NCBI GenBank assembly: GCA_032718475.1
Contig: JAUCBJ010001300.1
Span: 20,926 to 84,925, forward strand
DNA length: 64,000 bases
DNA from: Nemertoderma westbladi
Taxonomy: Eukaryota > Animalia > Xenacoelomorpha
Direction of reading: 5' to 3'
Within the stretch, counting starts at the first letter, position 1. Every line of letters starts with the position of its first letter. Made by a program: the position numbers and the translations under genes. The notes under the pieces are model-generated. The model was not told the DNA's origin and ran no database searches. It saw nothing but the letters and a program-made list of their open reading frames with translations. Positions 12,737 to 24,258 of this stretch are shown in pieces.

Positions 12737-13319
12737 ATTACGCTCTTTCAAATGGTATATAGATATCAACATATCTGGTTCTTTAACATTATAAAATTAT
12801 CAATATTTTTTATCTGGTTCGTTAACATAATAAAATCTAAATGCCTTTAACTTACGTATTGAGTATCTAAATTGAAAAATATATTTTAAGATATAAATTA
12901 TTAGAAATGATCGAGGAAGTCAAAAGTTACGGCGTGTCTAATGTTTTTGTTTGGTTTTGGCCACTTTTAGTGATTTTGACCCAAATATATATTGAATAAA
13001 CTAAATAACTTCGTGATCGTGACTTTCACAATTTTTGTTTGTACCCGAGGGCAATCCATGGCTATAAGATCTGCGGCCCGCCGAAATTAAAATGTAATTG
13101 CAACCTATAACAGTTTAGAGGATGGTTAAATAAATTATTTATTTTAAATTATCTGTTGTTTTCCCAATGCCGCCGTATATTGCATTAGTGGGGATGAAAA
13201 GTAAAATATAAGAATTACGATTTGATTTTTCTACACACAAAAAAGAGGATTTTACTGAAGAAAATAAATTAGCTTGAAATTTACTGCAATAAATTATTAT
13301 TTACGTTAATAACGATTAG

Positions 13320-14699
13320 CTACAAAGTAAAATTCAAATAGCCCAAACACAAAGAGTGATCTCTTGTATCCCCCCATCCTCCGTTGGGCTGATGTGAAGA
13401 GAACGACAACCCGGGTTCCACGGGACTAAATAAAAGTCTAGAAGGAAATAAACTGGCTTTATATTTCTCAAAGAGGGCTAGCAACTCTGCGACCCTGTCT
13501 CTTGGTTTACAGCCGGTACCACCTTTATGGTGCATCCCGCAGTCCCCTATATGAGCCACCCGGGAGGCCTGAATCACCAGCGCCATGAAGGGGCGTCCAG
13601 GCCCAGCCAATGAGCAATCGCGACTCATAGCAGCGAGGGTCCAATCCCAGTTGTAATCATCGTAAGTACAGAACTTATGGAAACACCGAGTTTTTGAGAT
13701 CGAACGCCATGAGGCTCGACTCAGTATCATACCCATGTTGTGCTGGGTGCTAGACCATATTAGTACGCGTGCAGTGGAAGAGAGTTGAGAGGAAAAACCG
13801 GAAGAGGTGGAATAATCTCCCAACGAAAGGAAATCGCAGGAGGGGCACTCACGATTCCGTAACTCTTCCAGTTTAATCGCGATCGGGATAAAATCCGGAA
13901 ACATATAATGGTCCTCTTCGACTAATAACACCGGCCCAACGAACTCCTTTGTCGGTTCTAACGTCTCGAATACCCGAGATAACTTCCACATCCAGTGGTG
14001 TTTGACTGCTGTGTATGCGGCCTCCCTGTAGTGTCCGTAGGTGTCTGGGTGTTCCGCGTTTAGGCAGCCCAAGCGCTGAGCTTCCCGTCTGCTCGCGTCC
14101 CGCGGACAGTCTTTGGGGTCCGAGTCGGGAAACTCCCCCGGGAAGAGTTGCCGGGAAAACGGGTAGAATATTTGGAGCACGCGGCAGAAATTAACGTTGG
14201 ACACGAGTCGGAATATTTCACGGGAGTAAAAATCGTGACTAACGATTAATAAAACATCTTGTACTTGTTGGGAAAGTCTCAAACTTTTCAGGAATAATTC
14301 CAGATACTCGTATCTGTCGTGGACTTGTACGACTACGACTAAACTTAATGGTCGATCTCTAAATAAATCCTGATTTAATATCCTTTGCTCGCTATTCATA
14401 GAGGAGACAATCACACGAAGCTTATGAGTGGTGTCATCCAATGTTTCATGACTTTGTTTTGCGGATTTCGTGTTTGTAGAAACATTACTTTGTTTATGAG
14501 CATTAGGATTATGGTGTTCACCAGAAGTAAGTCGTTCCGCGTTTAACATAGGGTCTTTGAATATCGAACTCGAATTGAAACTGTATACTAATAGCACAAT
14601 GGCAAGTATAATTCCTACCACACACAGCCGCCGAATTAGTTTATTTGATTTCCAACGGGGCATTGTTGTAGTCGGCGTGTCTTTCTTGATAACGGGCAT
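13320..14699 (-). CDS. MGAT2: Alpha-1,6-mannosyl-glycoprotein beta-1,2-N-acetylglucosaminyltransferase (GnT-II, GT16)
   Basis: Type II membrane anchor; motifs VVQVHDR, HYREA..KHHW.WK, EEDHY, FCTYDDYNWDWTL, HIGDCGMH and NGGWGDTRDH; 459 aa, single exon. Confidence 0.96.
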   Translation of the reverse strand: MPVIKKDTPTTTMPRWKSNKLIRRLCVVGIILAIVLLVYSFNSSSIFKDPMLNAERLTSGEHHNPNAHKQSNVSTNTKSAKQSHETLDDTTHKLRVIVSSMNSEQRILNQDLFRDRPLSLVVVVQVHDRYEYLELFLKSLRLSQQVQDVLLIVSHDFYSREIFRLVSNVNFCRVLQIFYPFSRQLFPGEFPDSDPKDCPRDASRREAQRLGCLNAEHPDTYGHYREAAYTAVKHHWMWKLSRVFETLEPTKEFVGPVLLVEEDHYMFPDFIPIAIKLEELRNRECPSCDFLSLGDYSTSSGFSSQLSSTARVLIWSSTQHNMGMILSRASWRSISKTRCFHKFCTYDDYNWDWTLAAMSRDCSLAGPGRPFMALVIQASRVAHIGDCGMHHKGGTGCKPRDRVAELLALFEKYKASLFPSRLLFSPVEPGLSFSSHQPNGGWGDTRDHSLCLGYLNFTL

Positions 14700-14929
14700 T
14701 TAGCAGCAGGTCGTTAAATAAGAAAAAATATAAATAATATATATCTTTATTAATAAGTTCAGAAGTTCAAGAGATTTATGATAATTCTTACGTTATATTA
14801 TTGCTGCAGTGCTGAGTACAGTATTAAAAGTTTCTACGCCGTCCCGGTCCCGGACGTATAATTACGGAATTAGTTATTACCGGTCAGTCGCAGTCGGAAG
14901 GCCCCCCTTCCCGCTCCCGGTATTGCTGT

Positions 14930-15268
14930 TTAACCCCAGGCTTGCGAACGAGAATAATGTAATACAAGTTTACCGTCACTACCGAAGCACTCGTACAAAT
15001 TGTCCATAATTTGATCAGGAGCTGGGGCGAAAGATTGATTAGCGTACAAGAAAATTGACTCGCTAGGAGGAACCTTTAGATATTTGCGTATAAATTCTAT
15101 TACCCAACCGACTTTCTTAGATTTTTCCACAGCCCATTTCTTTTTCTTCATAATCGGTGCGTCTCCAGCTGGTTTCAGTAAGACATCGATCTTTGTGCTC
15201 GATAACGGTACCGGTACCGGTACAGCAGCAGAATCACTTTCTAACGGTGGTACAGGAGACTCAGCCAT
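14930..15268 (-). CDS. ATG12: Ubiquitin-like autophagy protein Atg12
   Basis: KIDVLLKPAGDAPIMKKKKWAV, FLYANQSFAPAPDQ, LYECFGSDGKLVLHY and C-terminal QAWG; single exon. Confidence 0.96.
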   Translation of the reverse strand: MAESPVPPLESDSAAVPVPVPLSSTKIDVLLKPAGDAPIMKKKKWAVEKSKKVGWVIEFIRKYLKVPPSESIFLYANQSFAPAPDQIMDNLYECFGSDGKLVLHYSRSQAWG

Positions 15269-17434
15269 AGTTGAGTAGTTTAAACACAGACAACTTTAAT
15301 CTGGTAATCGTAGTCATTTCATTACTATTCCATTATATGTTATAATTCTGCAGTCTCAATAGGCAGATAGGCCTACAGATCAGCATATACTGATATACCT
15401 GTATACAGACAGACAGATATAGGCTGGCTTTCGACGCAAACAAAATTCATCCCTCTCCAGGGGAAAATCGACGCAAATAACAGCTGATTGATTACCAGTC
15501 TGCCAGTACTCACAAAAATAAACAGATAAAACTGTAACCTGTTCTATTGACTTTAGTTGAGGGCTGCCTGGTTTAGGCCTAGTGCTGTAGTAGTGCTTTT
15601 GTTAGAATAACTGAATAACGTGACAGTGCCACTGTGTACAGCTTCAGCCTGTCAGCTGTGTACAGGTGTACGTACATATTTTAATTACCGTAATTAACTT
15701 GCTTTTACTCTTGTTACTTGTGTATTTTATATTAATTTCTTCATATTTTATATTATTTACGGTATGTACAATCTGACAATGCTGCAATGTGTGGGAATTG
15801 TTCATTAAACTTAAGCTGTACAGCTGTAGGTATCCCAGTAACCTGCTCCTTTCCATAAATTGAGAATTTAACATTGACTGATTGAGGTCAAATATTAATT
15901 CGCCGAGATGGGATTTGCTTGCGTCCAGTTTCCTCCCTGTCAGGTCAGCCTGTCACCAGATCAGAATCAGATATCTGGATATGGTCAGATGGTGGTAGGC
16001 TCAAGGCCTACTAAAAGAGTACCGGTACTTTAGTAGGCCTTGGCTGGAGTAGGCTACACTCACTGACTCAAGGCCTACTAAAACTACTACCGGTACTCTT
16101 TTTAGCTGTTTAGTACAGCACAGTGCAGTAGCACTGTAGTAGCTGAGTAGGCCTTGGCTACACTACTGACTACTGGACTAGAGTTCAGTACCAGAGTACC
16201 TGGAGTATTGTGTACTGGCAGACTGGAGTAGGCAGGTGCAGGTACAGACAGAGGTAGGGTTGTGGCCTTGGCAGCTTGGGCATAACTGTTATACACACAC
16301 GGCAACACGGGACTACGGGAAGGCCTATAGGTTCGGTATTACAGTATTTTACTCAGCCAAGACTGCAATACGTGGCTGATTCCGCATATATCTTTCAGCA
16401 AATAAATCATGTATAACTACTTCGGCCTGCGGCGGCGGCCTCAGTAGTTATACGATTTATTTGCTTCATGTTTTATAACCGTATGCGTATATCACCTTCT
16501 GGGACAGGCGATAATCTCTGTGTATCATATAGCATAGCATACATGCGGTATTTTTATTCGATAATTGTTTTAACTGAACTTCGCAGTTAATTATTACCCT
16601 TAAAAAATTAATTTTAGCAGCCGTACATGTACATACCTATCTGCCTGTGTACCAGAGTACTACAGGCGCGTTGAAAAAAATCCTGATGCGCAGCGTATCC
16701 CTCCGTCTAGCTTGTTGAAGGCAATTAGTGAAGCTCCTGTGAAGATGGGTCTAATGGAGGCTGAGATCTCTCCAGGAGGGGCCGGTTGCATATAACAACC
16801 TTAACTTTAAGTGGCTACTTAAATTTAAGTTAAGGTTGACTCAAATTTAAGTGGGTTTGCATACAATTTTATTGCAAACTTTAATTCCGACTTAAAATCA
16901 AAATTTTAAGGCAGCCTCCTACATACCTTAACTACACTGAAACTGCCTACTAACTACACTGAATGCTTTCATTATTATTAAAGGCTTTTGAGCAGGAAAG
17001 TGATAGGCCTACCAATTTAATTTCATTAGAATTTGTTGAAGGTCATAAGAGATTGGCAAGCTAAAGATTTCCCCATGCCTACAGTTAGTACTGTATGCCT
17101 ACTTATCCCTCTATACAGATACAGTATGTAGATATATTTTATTGCTTGTGTTCTCAGGTAAAAGACAGATAACAATTTTATTACCACTTTAGAAGGATTA
17201 TATCATAAATAGTTTATTCCATAAAATATTGGACTGATTATTTTTTGATGGGCTTTCTCTGTAATGATCTAAAAAATATATTATTATTTTTGTGTGTCCT
17301 TAGTATTGCCTACATTTTTTCACTGAGGCATTAACAAGGTAAATAAATTAAACATTTTTATTATATTAAATTACTATTTTTCAATATTAAAATCAAAATG
17401 TGAGACAGGGGGGAAACTGGACGCAAATACCATG

Positions 17435-18170
17435 TGGGATTTGGGATTAAGGAATTTGGGAATAAGGGATTTAGGAATAAGGTATTTGGGATTTGGGAAT
17501 AAGGTATTTGGGAATAAGGTATTTGGGATTTGGGAATAAGGTATTTGGGATTTGGGAATAAGGTATTTGGGAATAAGGTATTTGGGATTTGGGAATAAGG
17601 TATTTGGGATTTGGGAATAAGGTATTTGGGATTTGGAAATAAGGTATTTGGGATTTGGGATTAATGTATTTGGGATTTGGGAATAAGGTATTTGGGATTT
17701 GGAAATAAGGTATTTGGGATTTGGGATTAATGTATTTGGGATTTGGGAATAAGGTATTTGGGATTTGGGAATAAGGTATTTGGGAATAAAGGTATTTGGG
17801 ATTAAGGTATTTGAGATTTGGGAATAAGGTATTTGGGATTTGGGAATAAGGTATTTGGGATTAAGGTATTTGGGATTTCGGAATATGGAATTTTGGATTT
17901 GCTATTATATTAGTGATTATCGGTTTTTATTTGTTGATCGGCCATTATTGGTTGACTGAAGAAGATACGCAATGCGTCTCATTACGCCTCATAATAAGCC
18001 TCTCGTTAACAAGTCAACCCCACCGACTAGCGGCACTGGCTGTTTCCGCTGACGGGGCTCAGTTGAACAACGCGTCCTTTTGGGATCTGGGAATAAGAAA
18101 TTTGGGATTTGGAAATAAAGGAAATTAGGGTAAATCATTTGGGCTTTGGAAATAGGGAATTTGGGATTTT
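17435..18170 (+). repeat. G-rich tandem array (~22-bp unit GGGATTTGGGAATAAGGTATTT) around a ~150-bp unique core; dispersed repeat
   Basis: Array at 17435-17900. The core at ~17940-18125 recurs in inverted form, with a few repeat units, at 33108-33329. Confidence 0.8.
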
Positions 18171-18194
18171 GAATCTGTAAATAAAACGTATTAC

Positions 18195-18690
18195 AAGTAT
18201 ATGCAGGTTAGTAAAGGAGCAGGCTATAGAGGCGGAAAGATAGAACCAAAACAATAAACGATAGTTAACACATGTTACAAGATTATGCAGGATAGTAGAG
18301 GAGAAGGTTATAGAGGCGGGTAGATAGAACCAAAACAATAAACGATAGTTAACACATGTTACAAGATTATGCAGGTTAGTAAAGGAGCAGGTTATAGAGG
18401 CGGGTAGATAGAACCAAAACAATAAACGATAGTTAACACATGTTACAGATTATGCAGGTTAGTAAAGGAGCAGGTTACAGAGGCGGGTAGATAGAACCAA
18501 AACAATAAACGATAGTTAACACGTGTTACAATATGTAGGTTAGTAAAGAATCAGGTTGCGGAGGTGGATAGATTGAACCAAAACAATAAACGATTAACTG
18601 GTGTTAGAAAATTATCCAGGTTAGTAAAGGAGTAGGTTACCGAGGCGTGTAGATAGAACCAAAACAATAAACTATATTTAATTCGTGTTA
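18195..18690. repeat. 84-bp tandem repeat, ~6 copies
   Basis: TAGAACCAAAACAATAAAC recurs at 18241, 18325, 18409 and onward. Confidence 0.9.
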
Positions 18691-19537
18691 TATGAAATGC
18701 GGATTTACCGATAAATGACGAAGGTAGAGTATAATTTATTATTATTTTTAGATTCTTTATTCCAGATCCATAAAAGGTTCTATGTCAATACCGGTAAATA
18801 AACAAACAAATCTATTAATAGCACAATAGTGATTATTACAAAGGAATACCCGGACCCGCCCAATTAGAGAGATACAATTTAATTCTCTGTAGAGTAGAGT
18901 GAAGCACCGAATTACACAGACATTATATAGCGTATAAACATTCTAAAAAAAAGAGAAAAAAAAGGAAACGTTCTAAAAAAAAAGGAAAAAAGGAAACTCT
19001 GGGAGGCCTGGTATATATATTAAAATATTATTGTTAGAGTTAAATATACGTGAAAAAAAACGGGAGAGAGTGATACGTTGTATATGATGAAGGACTTTAA
19101 ACGTAAAGATACAAGCATACCGGAGGCGCCTCTATGTATGAGTTATGAAGTTGAGTTGAAGAACAACGACCTTTCATTGTCTGGCAATACAATAGTCATT
19201 ACTGCAGAGATAACCTGGGTTAGAGGGCTGAGTAGTGAGAGACCTGTATAACGTCAGGTGTATGTGCCTCCTTGATCTTACACTGGTACCAACAGTAACA
19301 GCTCATGAGGGATGACGTATTCTGATAGGGCGTTGTCTTAGCAATGATAGGCTGGGCTGATCCCTTGCTAGTGTTTGCTCTAATACACTACATACTACTG
19401 TACATAGACTACACACCACCACAAAGGAATGGGGAAAGAGTCAGCCACTGCGAAACCAATAATACAGTACTGTAACGTCACCTTCAACGCAGAACCCCCT
19501 AAGTCGATTTTTGTAGTTCTGAGATAATCAATAAAAA

Positions 19538-19752
19538 CTGTGGGGCGAGCCACGAAGTGAGTGAGCCTTAGCGTAGTGGTACCATTAATCAACCTGTCGT
19601 TCTGTCGTTCTGTCGTTCTGTCGTTCTGTCGTTCTGTCGTTCTGTCGTGTTCAATTTTAAACGTTAATAACTCGGCCAATCTTTGATGAAATCTATCCAA
19701 ACTTGGTACACATGTTGTTTGGCAAAAGTTTAGAAATTTTCCAAGTAGAATT
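19538..19752 (-). mobile_element. HINE/DINE-1-like element 3' part (second copy)
   Basis: Inverted copy of 2680-2878 with a longer (CTGTCGTT)n tract. Confidence 0.5.
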
Positions 19753-22167
19753 TCAGTGTGGCCTTCGAGAAGCTAAGATAATAGCAGTTAATTAGTTAAT
19801 TAAGTTATTACGGTAAAAACACCATTTTCAACCTGCCTTTTAAAGGAAATTAATTGTTTTACAGTATAAGATTTAAATAATTATAATTAAAAATTATACA
19901 GATGTAATCCCCATACGCCATTCTATTATAGTTTTTAATTAGTTCAAGTGATTTGCTTTAATAATTGTGTCTTTAATTGATCTAAAGTAATTAAAACGGC
20001 AAAAAAAATTTATTCTCATTAAATACTGCTCATTTATTGGCCAACATGCTGGTACATAGATGGGATGTGTGTGTCATTCCCAGTTGCTGGGAATGATTAT
20101 TGGTCAAGTCTCTGCTGCTGGCTGGGAGTTGTTGCTAAGACTAACCAGAGAGGAATAGTAATAGACAACCAGTATTGCTATTCCAGCCCAGACAGCATTC
20201 TTTAAATTCACTATAAATGTTGTATTGCTATCTCAGGTGAATGACAGATATCATAACATAAATACTATCCATGGCATGGCTGTTGTGTAGGCTTCTGAAA
20301 TAGTTTATTCCACAATGTATATGTCTGGTTATTTTTTAATTGAATTTTTGCAAAGTAGTAAAATTAATGTTCTTAAAAATAATATTATTATTTTATATGT
20401 AACCTAGGAAATTAGCTACATTTTTTCGTTGCAGCTTTAAGAGTGTACATTAATTTAATATTATTTCAATACCCATATTACTACATCGGCATAAGATGCG
20501 TTGGCGTTGTATCACACATCTCCACATATCACACATATCCACATAGATGTATCAACAGTTACTCGCACAGTTTCGAAACTTCGCATAGTTATAACTGTAT
20601 AAAGATCGTCAGTCTGCGTTTAGGAAAAATATTTTATAACAAAACAGGACAAGCGACGAGCGCAACGAAGCATATAATGAAGACGAGTACTGCGTTGACT
20701 AAATTATTATATAAACCACCTGGCTTCACATATTGATCGCATCCCTAGTTATTATTATTATAAAGAACGTCCTAGCCTGCGTTTAAGAAATATATTTAAA
20801 TACAAAACAGGACGAACGCAACGAGGCTTATAATGAATACGAGTACTGCGTTTATTATATTCCTATAAACCACCTGGCTTTGCATATTGAACGTGCGATT
20901 GGAAATAAGTTCGTGCTACCCTTCCGTGGGTGGTAGATGTCGCGGTTATGTATTGGTGGTTGGGAAGGGTGGGGGGGGGGGGGGATTAAAAGGGGTGAAC
21001 ACGTACTGTCCCCCTTTCTTTGATTGATTGGTGGTGTGGGTAAATTTCTCAAAACCTGATTTTGTGATACAGTCGCTCAATTTTAATTTGTATCTCATAA
21101 CTGGGCCTCGTGCTGCGCGAAGGCCCCACGAACGTGTTTATTTTATAGAGAGATGCCTCAGTTTACTTGTTATTGTGTTTTTTAATATCTAAATATATAT
21201 AGAATTCATATAACTAAACTTTCAATTTGATTTAGAATTACCTTTGAAATATATTGCGGTTTTTTTGTAAAAAATTCTGACTTATGGTGTTTTGCCAAAA
21301 CAAAGGGGAACACCATTTTCTGGTATTATCCCGTAACTACACGATAGTTGCGGGGTATTGCCTAGAAAACAAGGTATCCTCAATTTGGCAAAACACCATA
21401 AGTCCGACTTTTTATAAAAAATACGCAAAATATATCAAATAATAGCCAAGGCGTATCGTGCGTCCTTAATTATTTAGTGCGTAGTGCGCACGTAATACAT
21501 GTGCGCATTTGTTATTAGCTAATACGTGCTATCTAACATGTTAACTAGCACATGATCTGATCAGGTGTTAGTATTACCTGTAAACGCAATAATAACAAAT
21601 AATCACATACAATATAGCTATCACACTTGCGCACATGTTGGAAATTTTTGAATTCAAAATTCTAAAGGGCTCCATAAGTTTTTGATACTTTGGTATAAAT
21701 TGCTTCTAAAATAAGTGCGGGACTGTAGTTAGAATCATGTATCAATACAAATTGAATAAAATGTAGCCAAATGCAGAACTATAAGAACAAAATTTAGATT
21801 CAAGAAAGCGGAACTCGAAGTACAAAATATAGCCATGGGTGGTAGTCTACAGTAAGAACAAAGTCTATCTACAGGGTTACATACAGCTACGTTAAAGTTA
21901 AAGTGAAGTTCACTTACAGTACGTCATGACGAATAATTAAAGACCTGTTTATTCTACAGTACGTGGCAACATTTTGAGCAACTCTATCAGCAACTTAGTG
22001 AGCATGTCAGGTTGCCGATCAAGTTGCTCTATGTAAACGCGAAGTTTGTTGCTGTAAAAGATGCCTCATATAACGGAGACTAAAAGTTAATGTTACTCAA
22101 ATTAAGTTGCTAGCTGATGACCAAGTAGTCCAAAACGTCCGGCAACTTAGAGTAACTTATAGCAACT

Positions 22168-24258
22168 TGGACACAAACATTAAATGAGGGACAGATATTT
22201 ATCAGCGCCACAAACATTAATGTGGGACAAACATTAATCAGGGGACAAACATTAATGTGGGACATAAACATTGATGTAGGACACAAACATTAATGTGGGA
22301 CATAAACATTGATATAGGACACAAACATTAATGAGGGACACAAACATTAACGAGGGACACAAACATTAATGAGGTACACAAACATTAATGAGGTACACAA
22401 ACATTAATGAGGGACACAAACATTAATGAGGGACACAAACATTAATGAGGGACACAAACATTAATGAGGGACACAAACATTAATGAGGGACACAAACATT
22501 AATGAGGTACACAAACATTAATGAGGGACACAAACATTAATGAGGGACACTAACATTAATGAGGTACACAAACATTAATGAGGGACACAAACATTAATGA
22601 GGGACACAAACATTAATGAGGGACACAAACATTAATGAGGTACACAAACATTAATGAGGGACACAAACATTAATGAGGTACACAAACATTAATGAGGGAC
22701 ACAAACATTAAATGAGGGACAGATATCATTCATGAGGGACACAAACATTAATGAGGGACACAAACATTAATGAGGGACACAAACATTAATGAGGGACACA
22801 AACATTAATGAGGGACACAAACATTAATGAGGAACACAAACATTAATGAGGGACACAAACATTAATGAGGGACACAAACATTAATGAGGGACACAAACAT
22901 TAATGAGGGACACAAACATTAATGAGGGACACAAACATTAATGAGGTACACAAACATTAATGAGGGACACAAACATTAATGAGGGACACAAACATTAATG
23001 AGGTACACAAACATTAATGAGGGACACAAACAATAAATGAGGGACACATATCAATCATGAGGGCACAAACATTAATGAGGGACACAAACATTAATGAGGG
23101 ACACAAACATTAATGAGGGACACAAACATTAATGAGGGACACAAACATTAATGAGATACACAAACATTAATGAGGGACACAAACATTAATGAGGTACACA
23201 AACATTAATGAGGGACACAAACATTAATGAGGGACACAAACATTAATGAGGGACACAAACATTAATGAGGGACACAAACATTAATGAGGGACACTAACAT
23301 TAATGAGGTACACAAACATTAATGAGGGACACAAACATTAATGAGGTACACAAACATTAATGAGGGACACAAACATTAATGAGGTACACAAACATTAATG
23401 AGGGACACAAACATTAATGAGATACACAAACATTAATGAGGGACACAAACATATAAACTGAGGGACACATAACATTCAATGAGGACACAAACATTAATGA
23501 GGGACACAAACATTAATGAGGGACACAAACATTAATGAGGGACACAAACATTAATGAGGTACACAAACATTAATGAGGGACACAAACATTAATGAGGGAC
23601 ACAAACATTAATGAGGATACACAAACATTAATGAGGGACACAAACATTAATGAGGTACACAAACATTAATGAGGGACACAAACATTAATGAGGTACACAA
23701 ACATTAATGAGGGACACAAACATTAATGAGGGACACAAACATTAATGAGGGACACAAACATTAATGAGGGACACAAACATTAATGAGGGACACAAACATT
23801 AATGAGGGACACTAACATTAATGAGGTACACAAACATTAATGAGGGACACAAACATTAATGAGGTACACAAACATTAATGAGGGACACAAACATTAATGA
23901 GGTACACAAACATTAATGAGGGACACAAACATTAATGAGGAACACAAACATTAATGAGGGACACAAACATTAATGAGGGACACAACATTAATGAGGGACA
24001 CAAACATTAATGAGGGACACAAACATTAATGAGGGACACAAACATTAATGAGGGACACAAACATTAATGAGGTACACAAACATTAATGAGGGACACAAAC
24101 ATTAATGAGGGACACAAACATTAATGAGATACACAAACATTAATGAGGGACACAAACATTAATGAGGGACACAAACATTAATGAGATACACAAACATTAA
24201 TGAGGGACACAAACAATAAACGAGGGACAGATATCAATCAAGGGCACAAACATTAACA
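22168..24258 (+). repeat. 19-bp satellite (GGGACACAAACATTAATGA)n, ~110 units
   Basis: Direct reading. About four inverted units at 24854-24928 end in GTGTCCTGGCCGCA. Confidence 0.95.

Noticed and set aside
17435-17900. True telomeric repeat
   Set aside because: The unit is not TTAGGG or TTAGG, the array is internal, and it is tied to a dispersed repeat core.
17955-17985. CTGAAGA followed by a hairpin, as a possible hammerhead
   Set aside because: No GAAA core follows the stem.
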